Part shown: positions 36,878-46,669 of the stretch, one piece after another
Position numbering within the stretch: position 1 is the first letter of the stretch
How the letters are laid out: every line of letters begins with the position of its first letter
Assembly (NCBI GenBank): GCA_963702005.1
Contig: OY969696.1
Coordinates: 3,808,001-3,872,000, forward strand
DNA: 64,000 bases
Direction: 5' to 3'
From: Candidatus Aminicenantes bacterium
GTDB taxonomy: Bacteria; Acidobacteriota; Aminicenantia; Aminicenantales; JAFGBC01
Program-made: the position numbers and the translations under genes
Notes under the pieces: generated by a model
Databases searched by the model: none
What the model saw: the letters and a program-made list of their open reading frames with translations, nothing else
What the model was told of the DNA's origin: nothing

Positions 36878-39559
36878 TTGTCCAACCCTAGAGACGGAGG
36901 GCCGGACCTCGACGCCCAGACCGATGCCCGGCCGCCCGAGCTTCCGCGCCGGTTCGGGGATTTCGAGATCCTCCGCGAGATCGGCCGGGGCGGGATGGGG
37001 ACCGTCTACGAGGCCCGCCAGCTCTCCCTCGACCGGAGCGTCGCGCTGAAGGTCCTCCCGCGGGAGGCGGCGGCCGACCCGGACCGCATTCGCCGTTTCG
37101 AGCGCGAGGCCAGGGCGCTGGCCGCCATCGAACATCCGAATATCGTCGCCGTCCATTCGGTCGAGCGCGTCGGCGGGCTGCCGTTCTTGACGATGGAGCT
37201 CGTGCGCGGCCGGCCGCTGTCCGCGCTGATTCCGGCGTCGGGGATGGCCGTCGCGCCGCTGCTCGACCTGGCCGTCCAGCTCGCCGAAGCGCTCACGGCC
37301 GCCGGCCGTCAGGGCATCGTCCACCGCGATCTCAAGCCGGCCAACATCATGGTGACCGACGGGGGCCGGGCGAAGATCCTCGACTTCGGCCTGGCGACGC
37401 TGAAACCGCGCGCCGCCGCGCCCGACCCGGCTCAGTCTCAGGTTCCGACCGCGAGCCTCGAGACGTCCGGGCCGCAGATCCTCGGCACGCTGCCCTATAT
37501 GTCGCCCGAACAGATCGAGGGCAAGCCGGTCGATACCCGCTCCGACCTGTTTTCGCTGGGCGTCGTGCTCTACGAGATGGCCGCGGGACGGCGTCCCTTC
37601 ACCGGCGACACCTGGGCGTCGCTGGCGTCCTCGATTCTGCGCGATGGCCCGCGGCCGCTTAACGAGACGCGTCCGAGTCTCCCCGGCGAGCTGGGACGAA
37701 TCGTCGGCCGCTGCCTCCAGAAGGACCCCGAGCGGCGCTACCAGACGGCCGCCGACCTAAGAAACGAGCTGGAAGATCTCAAGAAGCTCCTGGGCGAATC
37801 CGCTCAGCGGCGTTCGGCGCGCCGCCGGACGGCCGTGGCGGTCGCCGCGGCGGTCGTCCTGGTCGCCGTCGCCGCCGGCCTCTGGGTGCGGTTGGCGAAG
37901 ACACGGGCGGGGCCGAGCCGGCAGAGCGTCGTGGTCCTTCCGTTCAACAACCTCGGCCCGGCCGAGGACGAATACTTCGCCGGCGGGCTGACCGAGGAGG
38001 TCACGAGCCGGCTCGCGGCGCTGAGCGGCCTGAGCATCAGGTCATCGGCGACGGCCCAGCGGTATGACGCCAAGGGCAAGAGCAGCCGCGACATCGGCCG
38101 CGAGCTCGGCGTCGCCTACATCCTGTATGGAACGGTCCGCTGGGATCGAGAAGGCGAGCCGCACGGCCGGGTGAGAATCACGCCGAAGCTGGTCCGGGTC
38201 GCCGACGACACGGAAGTCTGGTCCGCCGCCTTCGATCGCATTCTTCAAGATGTGTTCTCCATCCAATCGGAGATCGCCGAGACGGTCGCCGCCAGGCTGG
38301 GCGTCGAGCTCCGGATGGCCGAGCGGGCGACCCTGGCACGCCGGCCCACGGACAACCCCGAAGCCTACCTCGCTTATCTACGGGGCCGGTATTATGAATC
38401 GCAGCCCCACTTCTCGGTGGAGGTCTGGCGGCAGGCGCTGGCGAGCTACCAGCGGGCGGTCGAGCTGGACCCGGGCTTCGCGCTGGCCTTCGCCCAGCTC
38501 GCCAAGGCCCACGCGCGGCTGTATTACCTGCGCGAGGATCTGTCGGAGGCGCGGCGGGCGAGCGCGCGGCAAGCGCTCGAGCGCGCCCGGACGATCGCGC
38601 CGGACGCTCCCGAGGTCCACCTGGCCGCCGGATTCTACCACGCCTGGGCCGAGCGCGATCCCGACGCGGCCCTGAAGGAGTTCACGCTCGCCGGCCGCGC
38701 GCTGCCGGACAGCGCGGAGGTCGCCTCGGCCAAGGCCGAGCTGCTCCGCATGCAGGGACGGTACGAGGAGGCCCTGGCGGGCTATCGGGCCGCCCTCGAA
38801 CTGAGCCCCCAAGACTCGGACCTGGCCGAAGAGAGCTCGATCACCTGCTGGTGGACCCGTCGCTATCCGGAGGCGCTCGAGTACGCGAACCGAGCCATCA
38901 CGCTCGCTCCCGACCAGGCGTGGCCCTACCTGGCCAAGGCCTTCAATTACTGGAGCTGGAAGGGCACCGTGCCGGAGGCGCGCGCGGCCCTCGAGTTCGT
39001 TTCCAAGGATCATGAATGGTGGCTGTGGGCGTGGTTCTGGCAGGAGGCCGGCGAAGGCCGCTATCGGGAAGCCCTCCGGCGTCTCGACGAATCCCCCGAA
39101 GACTGGATCCGGCAGAAGATGTGGGCGATGCCGAAAGCGCTCTTCGTGGGCCTCGCCCATCGGTGGCTGAACGAGCCCGGCCCGGCCAGGGCGGCGTTTG
39201 AGCGCGCGGCGCGAATGTTGGAGGCGGAGCTGGCCGCGCACCCCGACGATCCCCGCCTCCACAGCTCGCTCGGCCTGGCCTATGCGGAGCTCGGCCGGAA
39301 GGCCGAGGCGATCCGCGAAGGCCGGCGGGGCACCGAGCTCCTCCCGATCGAGAAGGACGCCGTATACGGCCTCGGACACGTGCAGGACCTCGCGAGCATC
39401 TACGCGATCATCGGAGAGACCGACGCGGCCCTGCGGGAGATCGAACACTTGCTCTCGATCCCGTCCTGGATCTCGCCGGCCTGGATCCGGGGCATCCCCC
39501 TCTGGAAAGGTGTCTGGGGCAACCCTCGCCTGGACCCGCTGCTGGCGAAATACCGCTAG
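36878..39559 (+). CDS. Hanks-type Ser/Thr kinase with TM, TolB-N-like and TPR domains
   Basis: GRGGMG.VY, ALK, HRDLKPAN, DFGLA, GTLPYMSPEQ; VVLPF.NLG...YFAGGLTEE; TPRs. Confidence 0.92.
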   Translation: MSNPRDGGPDLDAQTDARPPELPRRFGDFEILREIGRGGMGTVYEARQLSLDRSVALKVLPREAAADPDRIRRFEREARALAAIEHPNIVAVHSVERVGGLPFLTMELVRGRPLSALIPASGMAVAPLLDLAVQLAEALTAAGRQGIVHRDLKPANIMVTDGGRAKILDFGLATLKPRAAAPDPAQSQVPTASLETSGPQILGTLPYMSPEQIEGKPVDTRSDLFSLGVVLYEMAAGRRPFTGDTWASLASSILRDGPRPLNETRPSLPGELGRIVGRCLQKDPERRYQTAADLRNELEDLKKLLGESAQRRSARRRTAVAVAAAVVLVAVAAGLWVRLAKTRAGPSRQSVVVLPFNNLGPAEDEYFAGGLTEEVTSRLAALSGLSIRSSATAQRYDAKGKSSRDIGRELGVAYILYGTVRWDREGEPHGRVRITPKLVRVADDTEVWSAAFDRILQDVFSIQSEIAETVAARLGVELRMAERATLARRPTDNPEAYLAYLRGRYYESQPHFSVEVWRQALASYQRAVELDPGFALAFAQLAKAHARLYYLREDLSEARRASARQALERARTIAPDAPEVHLAAGFYHAWAERDPDAALKEFTLAGRALPDSAEVASAKAELLRMQGRYEEALAGYRAALELSPQDSDLAEESSITCWWTRRYPEALEYANRAITLAPDQAWPYLAKAFNYWSWKGTVPEARAALEFVSKDHEWWLWAWFWQEAGEGRYREALRRLDESPEDWIRQKMWAMPKALFVGLAHRWLNEPGPARAAFERAARMLEAELAAHPDDPRLHSSLGLAYAELGRKAEAIREGRRGTELLPIEKDAVYGLGHVQDLASIYAIIGETDAALREIEHLLSIPSWISPAWIRGIPLWKGVWGNPRLDPLLAKYR

Positions 39560-39599
39560 GCCGAGGCGCTCGCGGCAGCGGGCAAAGAACGCGGGATGT

Positions 39600-42500
39600 T
39601 CAGCGGGCGAGCGGACGATAGAGGCGCGCCCTGAAGGCCGGCTCGCGCAGGAGGACCGCCTGGAGGAAGCGGAAGCTGTCGGCGAGATAGCCTTCATAGC
39701 CGCTGGGCTTGCCGTCCCAGGTCGTCCAATCGATGCCCTCGCTCCCGGCGTCGCGGACGCCGTTCTCGAACTCGCCCCGCCTCTGGCGCTCGAGCATGGC
39801 CCGTAGGACGTTGTCGGCCCGGTCGGGTTCGCCGAGGACGTAGTGCGCCGCGAGAAAATGGAGGACCTGGCCGGCGGTGATCCCTCCGTTCATATATTGG
39901 CCGAAGGTGTCCTTGCCGTCCTCGCGTTGAGGGATGCCGATGGCGTCCGGCAGCAGATAATCGCTGCGGCGGACCGGGGCGAGCATCGGCGGAACCCCGA
40001 GGTCGAACCGCGTGAAACCCGCCTCGGTCATTTTTTGCCAAAGCCTGTCGAGAATCCGGCGCCCGAGCGCCGGATCGACCAGCCCGTATTCGATGGCCAG
40101 CCCGTTGAGCGTCGGCGACGCGTAATCGTGGAGCTCGCCGTCCGCGCTCTTCCACCAGGCCAGCCATCCGGTTCGGGGATTGTAGAGAGTCTTGGCATAG
40201 ACGATCTTGAGCTTTGCGGCCAGACGGGTGTAGGCGGCGCCTCGTTCGAGCCGCCCCAGCTTCGCCTCAAGGTCGGCCAGGCAGCGCCAAGCGCGGTAGA
40301 TGAGGGCGTTGGTGTAACCGTCCTTGTGGCCGCAGTTCAACGCATCCCACCAGGCGCAGGACCGATTGGGCTGGACGAGCGCGCCGCGGTTTCCGCTTTG
40401 AGTCGCTTCGACAAAGCCGTCGCGGTCGACGTCGCGCCGGGCCAGGAAATCGGCCACGAGCTCGAGGCGTTCGATCCTCGCCTTAAGCCAGTCGAGGTCG
40501 CGGGTCGCTTCGACATAGTCCCAGGCCGAGATGAGCGGCGAAGCTTCGGCGTCAAGGAAATTTCCGTAATCCCAATAGCCCGTGACCTCGCCCGTTAAGC
40601 GGCCCGTGTCGTCGCTCTTCATCCGCCGGTCGAGCCAATAATCGATCGTCCGGCGGACGAGGGGCATGAGTGAGATCGTGGGAGCGGGCTCGGGCGTCCA
40701 GAAAGCCTGGTCGGCATAGAACCAGAGCGAGCAGCTGGCCGGATCGCTAATAACGTTGTTGCCAAGGATGCCGGCCGGCGCGCTGAACGGCTTTCCCGGC
40801 TCTCCCCAGCGAGCGCAAGGCTGAAGGGCATTGAGCCAGCCGCGGCGGGCGGAGAGCCACATGCCGGTGTCATGAAGATCCGGAGGGGCGGGAAGTAGGA
40901 GCGGCGTGAGGGTCAGAGTGACAGGCTTGCCGGCGGCGATCTCCGGAAACTCGAGCGTGAGGTCCGCGACCTTGTCCTTACGGCTCCCTTCCAGCCGGCC
41001 GCGAACATCCCGTCCGTCGGCCTCTTTCAAGAGCATCGGGCCGAAGTCGGGAGCGTTGATGACCGCGGGCAGGCGAAAAACCTCGTCGTTCTGCCATATA
41101 CTGGGAAGCACGGTGGTCGGCGTGGTTTTGGGGTCGAAGGGTAGGAAAAGGCGAACCTGTTCCGCCCGGCCCTTGGCCGCCGTGATCACGAACCTGATTT
41201 CGTCCCCAACGCCGCGGATTGCGCCGGGTTCGATCCTCCAGGTGAGGCGCGCCTTTCCTGCTTCGAGGTCATAAATAACGGCTCCGTTGTCCTCGACGCG
41301 GCGCTTTGTCATCCGCGAATCGCGCCAAGCGCCCTCGGCAAGGAACTGGATCTTGACCGAGGAATCCGGCCTCAACAGGTTCGTGTCCACCCTGTCGCCG
41401 CCCTCCGTGTCCCAGCTTAGGCTAGAAATTCCCGGGGCTGCTTCATCGGCGATGCTTTGGACGACCGGGTTCCCTTTATAGTTGGGGAGTTTTTCGATCG
41501 GGAGATACCGCGTCTTGAACCGCTTGCGCCAATCGAAAAGCGCCAGGACCTTCCGCTTCATCGCGGGCGACATCCGGGCGAATCCGCAATAATCTCCCCA
41601 ACCGTTGGAGACGGCCACGGGGGTCTGGTAATTGCGAGCGCCGAATTCGGTGTAATCCCAGTGGGTGACCGGCTCCCAGTTGCAGGACCAGAGGACGTTG
41701 CGATAATTGGGAAAGATCCCGTAGGACCAGGCCTCGGGGGCGCAGTGGGTGTCCTGGTAGCTGCCGTCGGCAACCAGGGCATAGGGAGGTTTCGTCACCC
41801 AGTTGAAGACGCCGATGCAGTCCGAGGCCAGGAAGGCCACCTCCCGGCCGGCGCGGCCGTTGAAGGCGCGGACCTCGGCGGTGATGTCCTTAACGAGGCG
41901 CATCATGGCCCGGTCGGCATAACCGGGGCGCGCGTCCGAGCCCAGACTTCCCTCGGGCACATGGAACGTCTCGTCCCAGACCAGGGCATCGAGGTCGCTG
42001 CCGTATTCTTGGAGGAGGGCCTTAACATAGTCGAGGAAGAAATCGCGGACCTCGGGGCAGAGCGGATTCTGGACGTAGGTCTTGCCCTTGGTGTCCGGGC
42101 CCTGCCATCCGCCCCACCTCAGGACGCGGTCCGGGGCGAAAATGTCGGAGAGGCCTTCGCCGGCGTTCATCCCGTCGCCGAAGTAGAGCGCGGCGCGGAA
42201 ACCGCGCGAACGGGCATAGGAGAGGCGGTCATGCATTTTTTTGATGGTGAGGGCGACGGGAACGCTTAAAGGGAAGTTCTTTCGGACGTTCGGGTAGTTG
42301 GAGAAGGCGGTCCAGGAGGGATCGAGCTTTTTGGCGGCGCGGTCGAACGAGTATCGGCCGACGAAATCATACCAGCCGTGGAGGCAAAGAAGGACTTTCG
42401 AGCGGTCCTGGGTCGGGATGGAAGAAGCCAGGGCATCGATATCAGCGAACCAGCCGCGGCCGGCCTCGCTCAGGTAATCATAATCGACCATGGCGACGTC

Positions 42501-43355
42501 GTGGAGCCAGGACGGACCCGGCGGGATATCGGGAAGAGCGGCGCGGTAGAACTCGGCGAGGGCGTCGTCGGGAGTTCCGGGATGGAACGTGAGGGACATG
42601 GAGCGGCTCTCGCGGCCGTTTTCGAGCCCGATGGAAGCGGGATAGGTCCATTCGATGGAATCGCGCGAGAACAGGACGGAATAATAAGGATCAAGGGAAA
42701 GCGTCACGCGATCGGCGAATTCCTTTGAAACGAGGCTGACCATGGGTATGGCGAGCGCGACTCCGTCGGAGCGAAGGACGCCGGCGAAGCGATAGGCGGC
42801 CTGTCTGGCATCGGCCATGGCTTGGCCGAGGCCGTTCTTGAGCGGAAGCCAGGTTTCGGGACCGAGTTTGAATGGGGCAATGGGGAGGCGGACCGTGAGG
42901 TCCGCGCCGAATCTGGCCAGGGAAGGAGGCTGGGGCTGGGAAGCGGGAGCACCTGCCGATGACGCCGGAGCAGTGAGAATAAGTTCCCTCGCTAAGCTGA
43001 CCGATTTGCCTGCCGGCGTCAGATGAAAGATAAGCTCAACGCGGAGCCTGGAAGCAAGCGGGACATTATAGATATAATGAAGGCCGTCCGGTTTCTTTTC
43101 GAACGAGACCGGCTCGGAAAGCGGGAACGCGCGGTCTTTGAAGATGATTTCGCCCGCCGAGTCGGGGCCGCCCGTTTTGATCGAGCCGCCGCCTTTCTTT
43201 TCAACAGCCATGACGGCGCCGTTCGGCGAAAGCGAAACCGTATAGCCGCCGGCCGTCAGGCGGACGGCTTTCGGAGGGGTTATTGCTTTCTGACCCGAAG
43301 ACAAGGTCGATAAAATGATCGAGACGGCGAGACAAAGCCAAACGGCTTTCTTCAT
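39600..43355 (-). CDS. Large secreted two-module glycoside-hydrolase-like protein (TIM-barrel-like plus (alpha/alpha)6-like)
   Basis: Signal peptide MKKAVWLCLAV with GGAGG RBS; module 1 DYDYLS/HGWYD/VWDETF; module 2 WWDA..GHKDGY.NAL.Y, YMNGG, YEGYL. Confidence 0.6.
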   Translation of the reverse strand: MKKAVWLCLAVSIILSTLSSGQKAITPPKAVRLTAGGYTVSLSPNGAVMAVEKKGGGSIKTGGPDSAGEIIFKDRAFPLSEPVSFEKKPDGLHYIYNVPLASRLRVELIFHLTPAGKSVSLARELILTAPASSAGAPASQPQPPSLARFGADLTVRLPIAPFKLGPETWLPLKNGLGQAMADARQAAYRFAGVLRSDGVALAIPMVSLVSKEFADRVTLSLDPYYSVLFSRDSIEWTYPASIGLENGRESRSMSLTFHPGTPDDALAEFYRAALPDIPPGPSWLHDVAMVDYDYLSEAGRGWFADIDALASSIPTQDRSKVLLCLHGWYDFVGRYSFDRAAKKLDPSWTAFSNYPNVRKNFPLSVPVALTIKKMHDRLSYARSRGFRAALYFGDGMNAGEGLSDIFAPDRVLRWGGWQGPDTKGKTYVQNPLCPEVRDFFLDYVKALLQEYGSDLDALVWDETFHVPEGSLGSDARPGYADRAMMRLVKDITAEVRAFNGRAGREVAFLASDCIGVFNWVTKPPYALVADGSYQDTHCAPEAWSYGIFPNYRNVLWSCNWEPVTHWDYTEFGARNYQTPVAVSNGWGDYCGFARMSPAMKRKVLALFDWRKRFKTRYLPIEKLPNYKGNPVVQSIADEAAPGISSLSWDTEGGDRVDTNLLRPDSSVKIQFLAEGAWRDSRMTKRRVEDNGAVIYDLEAGKARLTWRIEPGAIRGVGDEIRFVITAAKGRAEQVRLFLPFDPKTTPTTVLPSIWQNDEVFRLPAVINAPDFGPMLLKEADGRDVRGRLEGSRKDKVADLTLEFPEIAAGKPVTLTLTPLLLPAPPDLHDTGMWLSARRGWLNALQPCARWGEPGKPFSAPAGILGNNVISDPASCSLWFYADQAFWTPEPAPTISLMPLVRRTIDYWLDRRMKSDDTGRLTGEVTGYWDYGNFLDAEASPLISAWDYVEATRDLDWLKARIERLELVADFLARRDVDRDGFVEATQSGNRGALVQPNRSCAWWDALNCGHKDGYTNALIYRAWRCLADLEAKLGRLERGAAYTRLAAKLKIVYAKTLYNPRTGWLAWWKSADGELHDYASPTLNGLAIEYGLVDPALGRRILDRLWQKMTEAGFTRFDLGVPPMLAPVRRSDYLLPDAIGIPQREDGKDTFGQYMNGGITAGQVLHFLAAHYVLGEPDRADNVLRAMLERQRRGEFENGVRDAGSEGIDWTTWDGKPSGYEGYLADSFRFLQAVLLREPAFRARLYRPLAR

Positions 43356-43407
43356 GGTCCTTCCTCCGCTCTGACGGATTTCGGTCCGACCGTCGCGCGG
43401 CTTCGCT

Positions 43408-46400
43408 CTAATTGACCGCGACTCTTTCTGCAACGCGTAAGGTCACCGGACCCAACATTCCCGACTCCACAAGAGGCTCGCCCTTCTTCCACAGCCGCCA
43501 GCTGGTGAACGTCGTACGGCCGGTCGGGCTCGGCTTGCCCTGCTGAACCCAAGCCGGCCAAATCTTGAGCGTGCCGTCGGGATTCCGATCGCTGTCCTCG
43601 GGCAGGTCTTCATCGCCGATCATGCGGTTGACCCAGAGATTGACGACGCCAACCTCGAGCGCGTTTTCGCCGGCCTTCAAAGCATCGGTCACGTCCAGGC
43701 GATAGGGCGGCTTCCAGACAAGGCCGAGGTCCTTGCCGTTGAGGTTCACCCGAGCCATGACTTGGACCTTGCCCAGATCTAAATAGACGCGACGGCTCGT
43801 GCCGATCATCCCGGCGGGCACGGTGAACATCTTGGCGTAGGTCGCGGTTCCGGAGAAATGCCTCACGCCCTGGTCGGCATTTTCGGTCCAGGAGGCGAGC
43901 TCGGGGAGCGTGACGGATTCGGGGGCGCCCGCGTTCGGGGGGAATCGCAGCTTCCAGGGACCGCCGAGATCGAGCGGCGGGGGGAGGACGGGGATTTGGG
44001 CGGTGAGAGTGCGGCCTGAGGCTGTCTTAACCTCATAGCGGCCCGGCTGGCGCGCCTCGATTTGCACCCGTCCGTTCTCGTCGCAACGGACATCGATGGA
44101 GGGTTCGATGCCCGGCCAGAGGGGAAGGGCGATCGTTTCGGGGTCTTGGCCTTGCACGTCGAAGGATTTCCCGCCCGCGGTGTAGGTCATGGCGAGCGTT
44201 TTCACGATGCCGAAGGCCGGGTCGTCGCCTTGCGCCAGACGCGACACCTGGAAGCTCGCTTCGCCGGCGTCCGCGATGGCCTGGACCTTGGCTCGAACAT
44301 CGCGAGTGCGCGCGGCGTCCTCCAACACTCCATAAACGGCCTTGACGATGACCGTCTTCTCCTTAGGTTCGGGCGCCGGGATAATAATCGCGCCGTCGCG
44401 GGACACTCTCACGACCTGGTCGAAGGATTCGGCGCTCTTGCTAAAGACCACGAATATCGAACCGCTCGGCTCGAAGCTGATGGGGATGCGCGTGACGCCG
44501 CCGATTTGCGCATAAACCGCCGCCGGCTCGATCGCGCCGGTCTCAGGCCGCCAGAATTCAGGGCGCCTGCCGGTCACGCGAAACTCGCACATCGCCTCGG
44601 TCGGCCGTTGGACGCCGCTGGCGACGAAGTAGATTTCCGTATCGCCGGAGCTGCGATGGATCCAGCGGACGAAGGGAGGCGCGGAGAAGTCGGGAGGCAC
44701 GCCCATTCCTGCCAGAACTTGCTCGGGAGATTTGCCGGTCTCGACCTTGCCGCGGCCCGTGCCCCACAGCTCGTCGGCGAGCTCGTTGACCTCGGCGTCG
44801 CACTTCGGGTAGTCGGCGAGGCCCAGGGATTTCGACGGCTTAGCCAGGCCGATGACGGTCGCGCCCCAGGTGATCAATTCCTTGACCTTGCGCAGCAGGG
44901 CCGGCGTCATGCGGGTCGTATCGGGCAGGACGAGCACCCGGTAGCTCATGCCGTCGGGCAGGACAAGGAGTCCGTCTTTCAACGACATCCTCGTGAGCAG
45001 AGCCTCCGGCGTGCAGCTGTCGTAGTCGTAGCCGCTGCGGCTCTTAACCTGGTAATCCTGCGGCACGGCTTCGGGCTGGAGGTAGCAGATGTCGGCCACG
45101 AACGTACCTTGCCGCAAGAGATATTGGCAGCGGGCGAGGTATTCGTGCCAGGGCCGCGAATCGTCCCACCATGTCGAGGTGCGCTCGTAGTGCAAGCCCC
45201 AGGGTCCCATGGCTATGCCCGGCCGGTAGTTGAGCCAGGGCTGCATCGCGTAGCGATGAAAGACGAAGCGGTTGATGCCTTCGCAAAAGGCCTTGTCTCC
45301 GAGGGCCTTGATTGAGGCGGGGTGCTGGAGCCACCGTTCGTGGTCGTTGGCCGTGAACGACTCCGCGCCCAGGATGGGACGGCCGTAGATGTGCGCCGAA
45401 GAAGCCATCATCTTCAGGGTTTCGAAGGCGCCGCCGCCGATCCAAAACTCGCCCATCGGTTCGTCGGCCCGGCCACCGTAGGTGATGTCGTCGCAGGGGC
45501 CGCCATAAGCCTCGATCGAGAGACGCAGGCCGCGGCTGTGGGCGAGGGTCGCCATGTGTCCGGCGTAATTCTCGACGACGAGGTCGCTGACGGTTTGGCG
45601 CAGGTCGTCGAGAAAGCGCTCCGAGACCTCAAGGCTGTCCACGACCCGGCCCGTGACCGCGGGCAGGAAGGGAAGCGGGTCGTAGCCGCGGCGGGCTTTG
45701 AATTCCTCCCGCATCCGGGCCGTCCAGTTCTGGGCGCCGTTCTCCCAACTGTCGATGTGGGTCGCGACGAGCGCGCGGCCGGCGGCGGGACCGACATCGG
45801 CGATGAGCTCGGCCATCATGCCGGCGAACTGGGCTTCGATGCCCTCGCGGCTTAACTTGTCGCACTCAAGGCCGCGGCCGCTGGCGGGAGCGGGGGCGTT
45901 CTCGACGCCGGTGCCCGTGTGACCGAAGCGTAAGATCGTCCAATGGCCGGCCGGGACGTCCCAGGCGAGGCTTCCGTCATGGCCCATGCGGGCGGTGAGA
46001 TCGGCGAGGCGGGAGGGGGCGATCACCATTTCGGGAGGCAGGCTTGTTTCGGCGGGCGGAGGCACGTTGCCGCGTTCGTAAAGCGCCTTGATGTTGACAT
46101 CCGCGATGCGATAATCCCCGGGCGTCGGAAAAGCCAGCACGGCGATGTCGCGATAGAACCCGTGATCGGCCGCGGGCGCGGGGAGCTTGCCCGAGAAGCG
46201 TTGCGGGCCGGCGATGGAGGTCTCGGTCCAGACGATCTTCTGCATGGACTGTTCGGGTTTGATCCAAGGACCGCCGCTCCCGTTCCAGCCGGCGTCGTCG
46301 TTCATGTTGATCTCGAGACCGAGGCGGCCGGCCTCGGCGACGGCGAACTTGAACAGGTCCCGCCACTGCGGACCCATGAAGGCCGCGGGGCCCACGGGCG

Positions 46401-46632
46401 CGCCCTGGTCAACCTCCATGATCAGGACGCCTCCGATGCCGACGCGCTTCATGGCCTCGAGGTCGGCCGTGATCCCTTCGCGAGTGATGTTGCTGTTGAG
46501 CCAGAACCAGTACACCCAGGGGCGGGCGGAATCGGGGGGGGTGATAAAACCCTTGGCCAGGTCATCCGATGCCGCCGCTAGGCTCAACACTGAGCACAGG
46601 GCCAAAACCATGATCAGAAAACGCTTCCGCAT
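43408..46632 (-). CDS. GH106 alpha-L-rhamnosidase-like glycoside hydrolase, copy 2, with lectin-like insertion
   Basis: PPDSARPWVYWFW, GWNGSGGPW, HIDSWE, PMGEFW, GAESFT, GINRFVFH, NLWVNRMIGD. Confidence 0.85.
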   Translation of the reverse strand: MRKRFLIMVLALCSVLSLAAASDDLAKGFITPPDSARPWVYWFWLNSNITREGITADLEAMKRVGIGGVLIMEVDQGAPVGPAAFMGPQWRDLFKFAVAEAGRLGLEINMNDDAGWNGSGGPWIKPEQSMQKIVWTETSIAGPQRFSGKLPAPAADHGFYRDIAVLAFPTPGDYRIADVNIKALYERGNVPPPAETSLPPEMVIAPSRLADLTARMGHDGSLAWDVPAGHWTILRFGHTGTGVENAPAPASGRGLECDKLSREGIEAQFAGMMAELIADVGPAAGRALVATHIDSWENGAQNWTARMREEFKARRGYDPLPFLPAVTGRVVDSLEVSERFLDDLRQTVSDLVVENYAGHMATLAHSRGLRLSIEAYGGPCDDITYGGRADEPMGEFWIGGGAFETLKMMASSAHIYGRPILGAESFTANDHERWLQHPASIKALGDKAFCEGINRFVFHRYAMQPWLNYRPGIAMGPWGLHYERTSTWWDDSRPWHEYLARCQYLLRQGTFVADICYLQPEAVPQDYQVKSRSGYDYDSCTPEALLTRMSLKDGLLVLPDGMSYRVLVLPDTTRMTPALLRKVKELITWGATVIGLAKPSKSLGLADYPKCDAEVNELADELWGTGRGKVETGKSPEQVLAGMGVPPDFSAPPFVRWIHRSSGDTEIYFVASGVQRPTEAMCEFRVTGRRPEFWRPETGAIEPAAVYAQIGGVTRIPISFEPSGSIFVVFSKSAESFDQVVRVSRDGAIIIPAPEPKEKTVIVKAVYGVLEDAARTRDVRAKVQAIADAGEASFQVSRLAQGDDPAFGIVKTLAMTYTAGGKSFDVQGQDPETIALPLWPGIEPSIDVRCDENGRVQIEARQPGRYEVKTASGRTLTAQIPVLPPPLDLGGPWKLRFPPNAGAPESVTLPELASWTENADQGVRHFSGTATYAKMFTVPAGMIGTSRRVYLDLGKVQVMARVNLNGKDLGLVWKPPYRLDVTDALKAGENALEVGVVNLWVNRMIGDEDLPEDSDRNPDGTLKIWPAWVQQGKPSPTGRTTFTSWRLWKKGEPLVESGMLGPVTLRVAERVAVN

Positions 46633-46669
46633 GATGGGCCTCCCTTTTTCATATAGCGTGTCGAGTATA

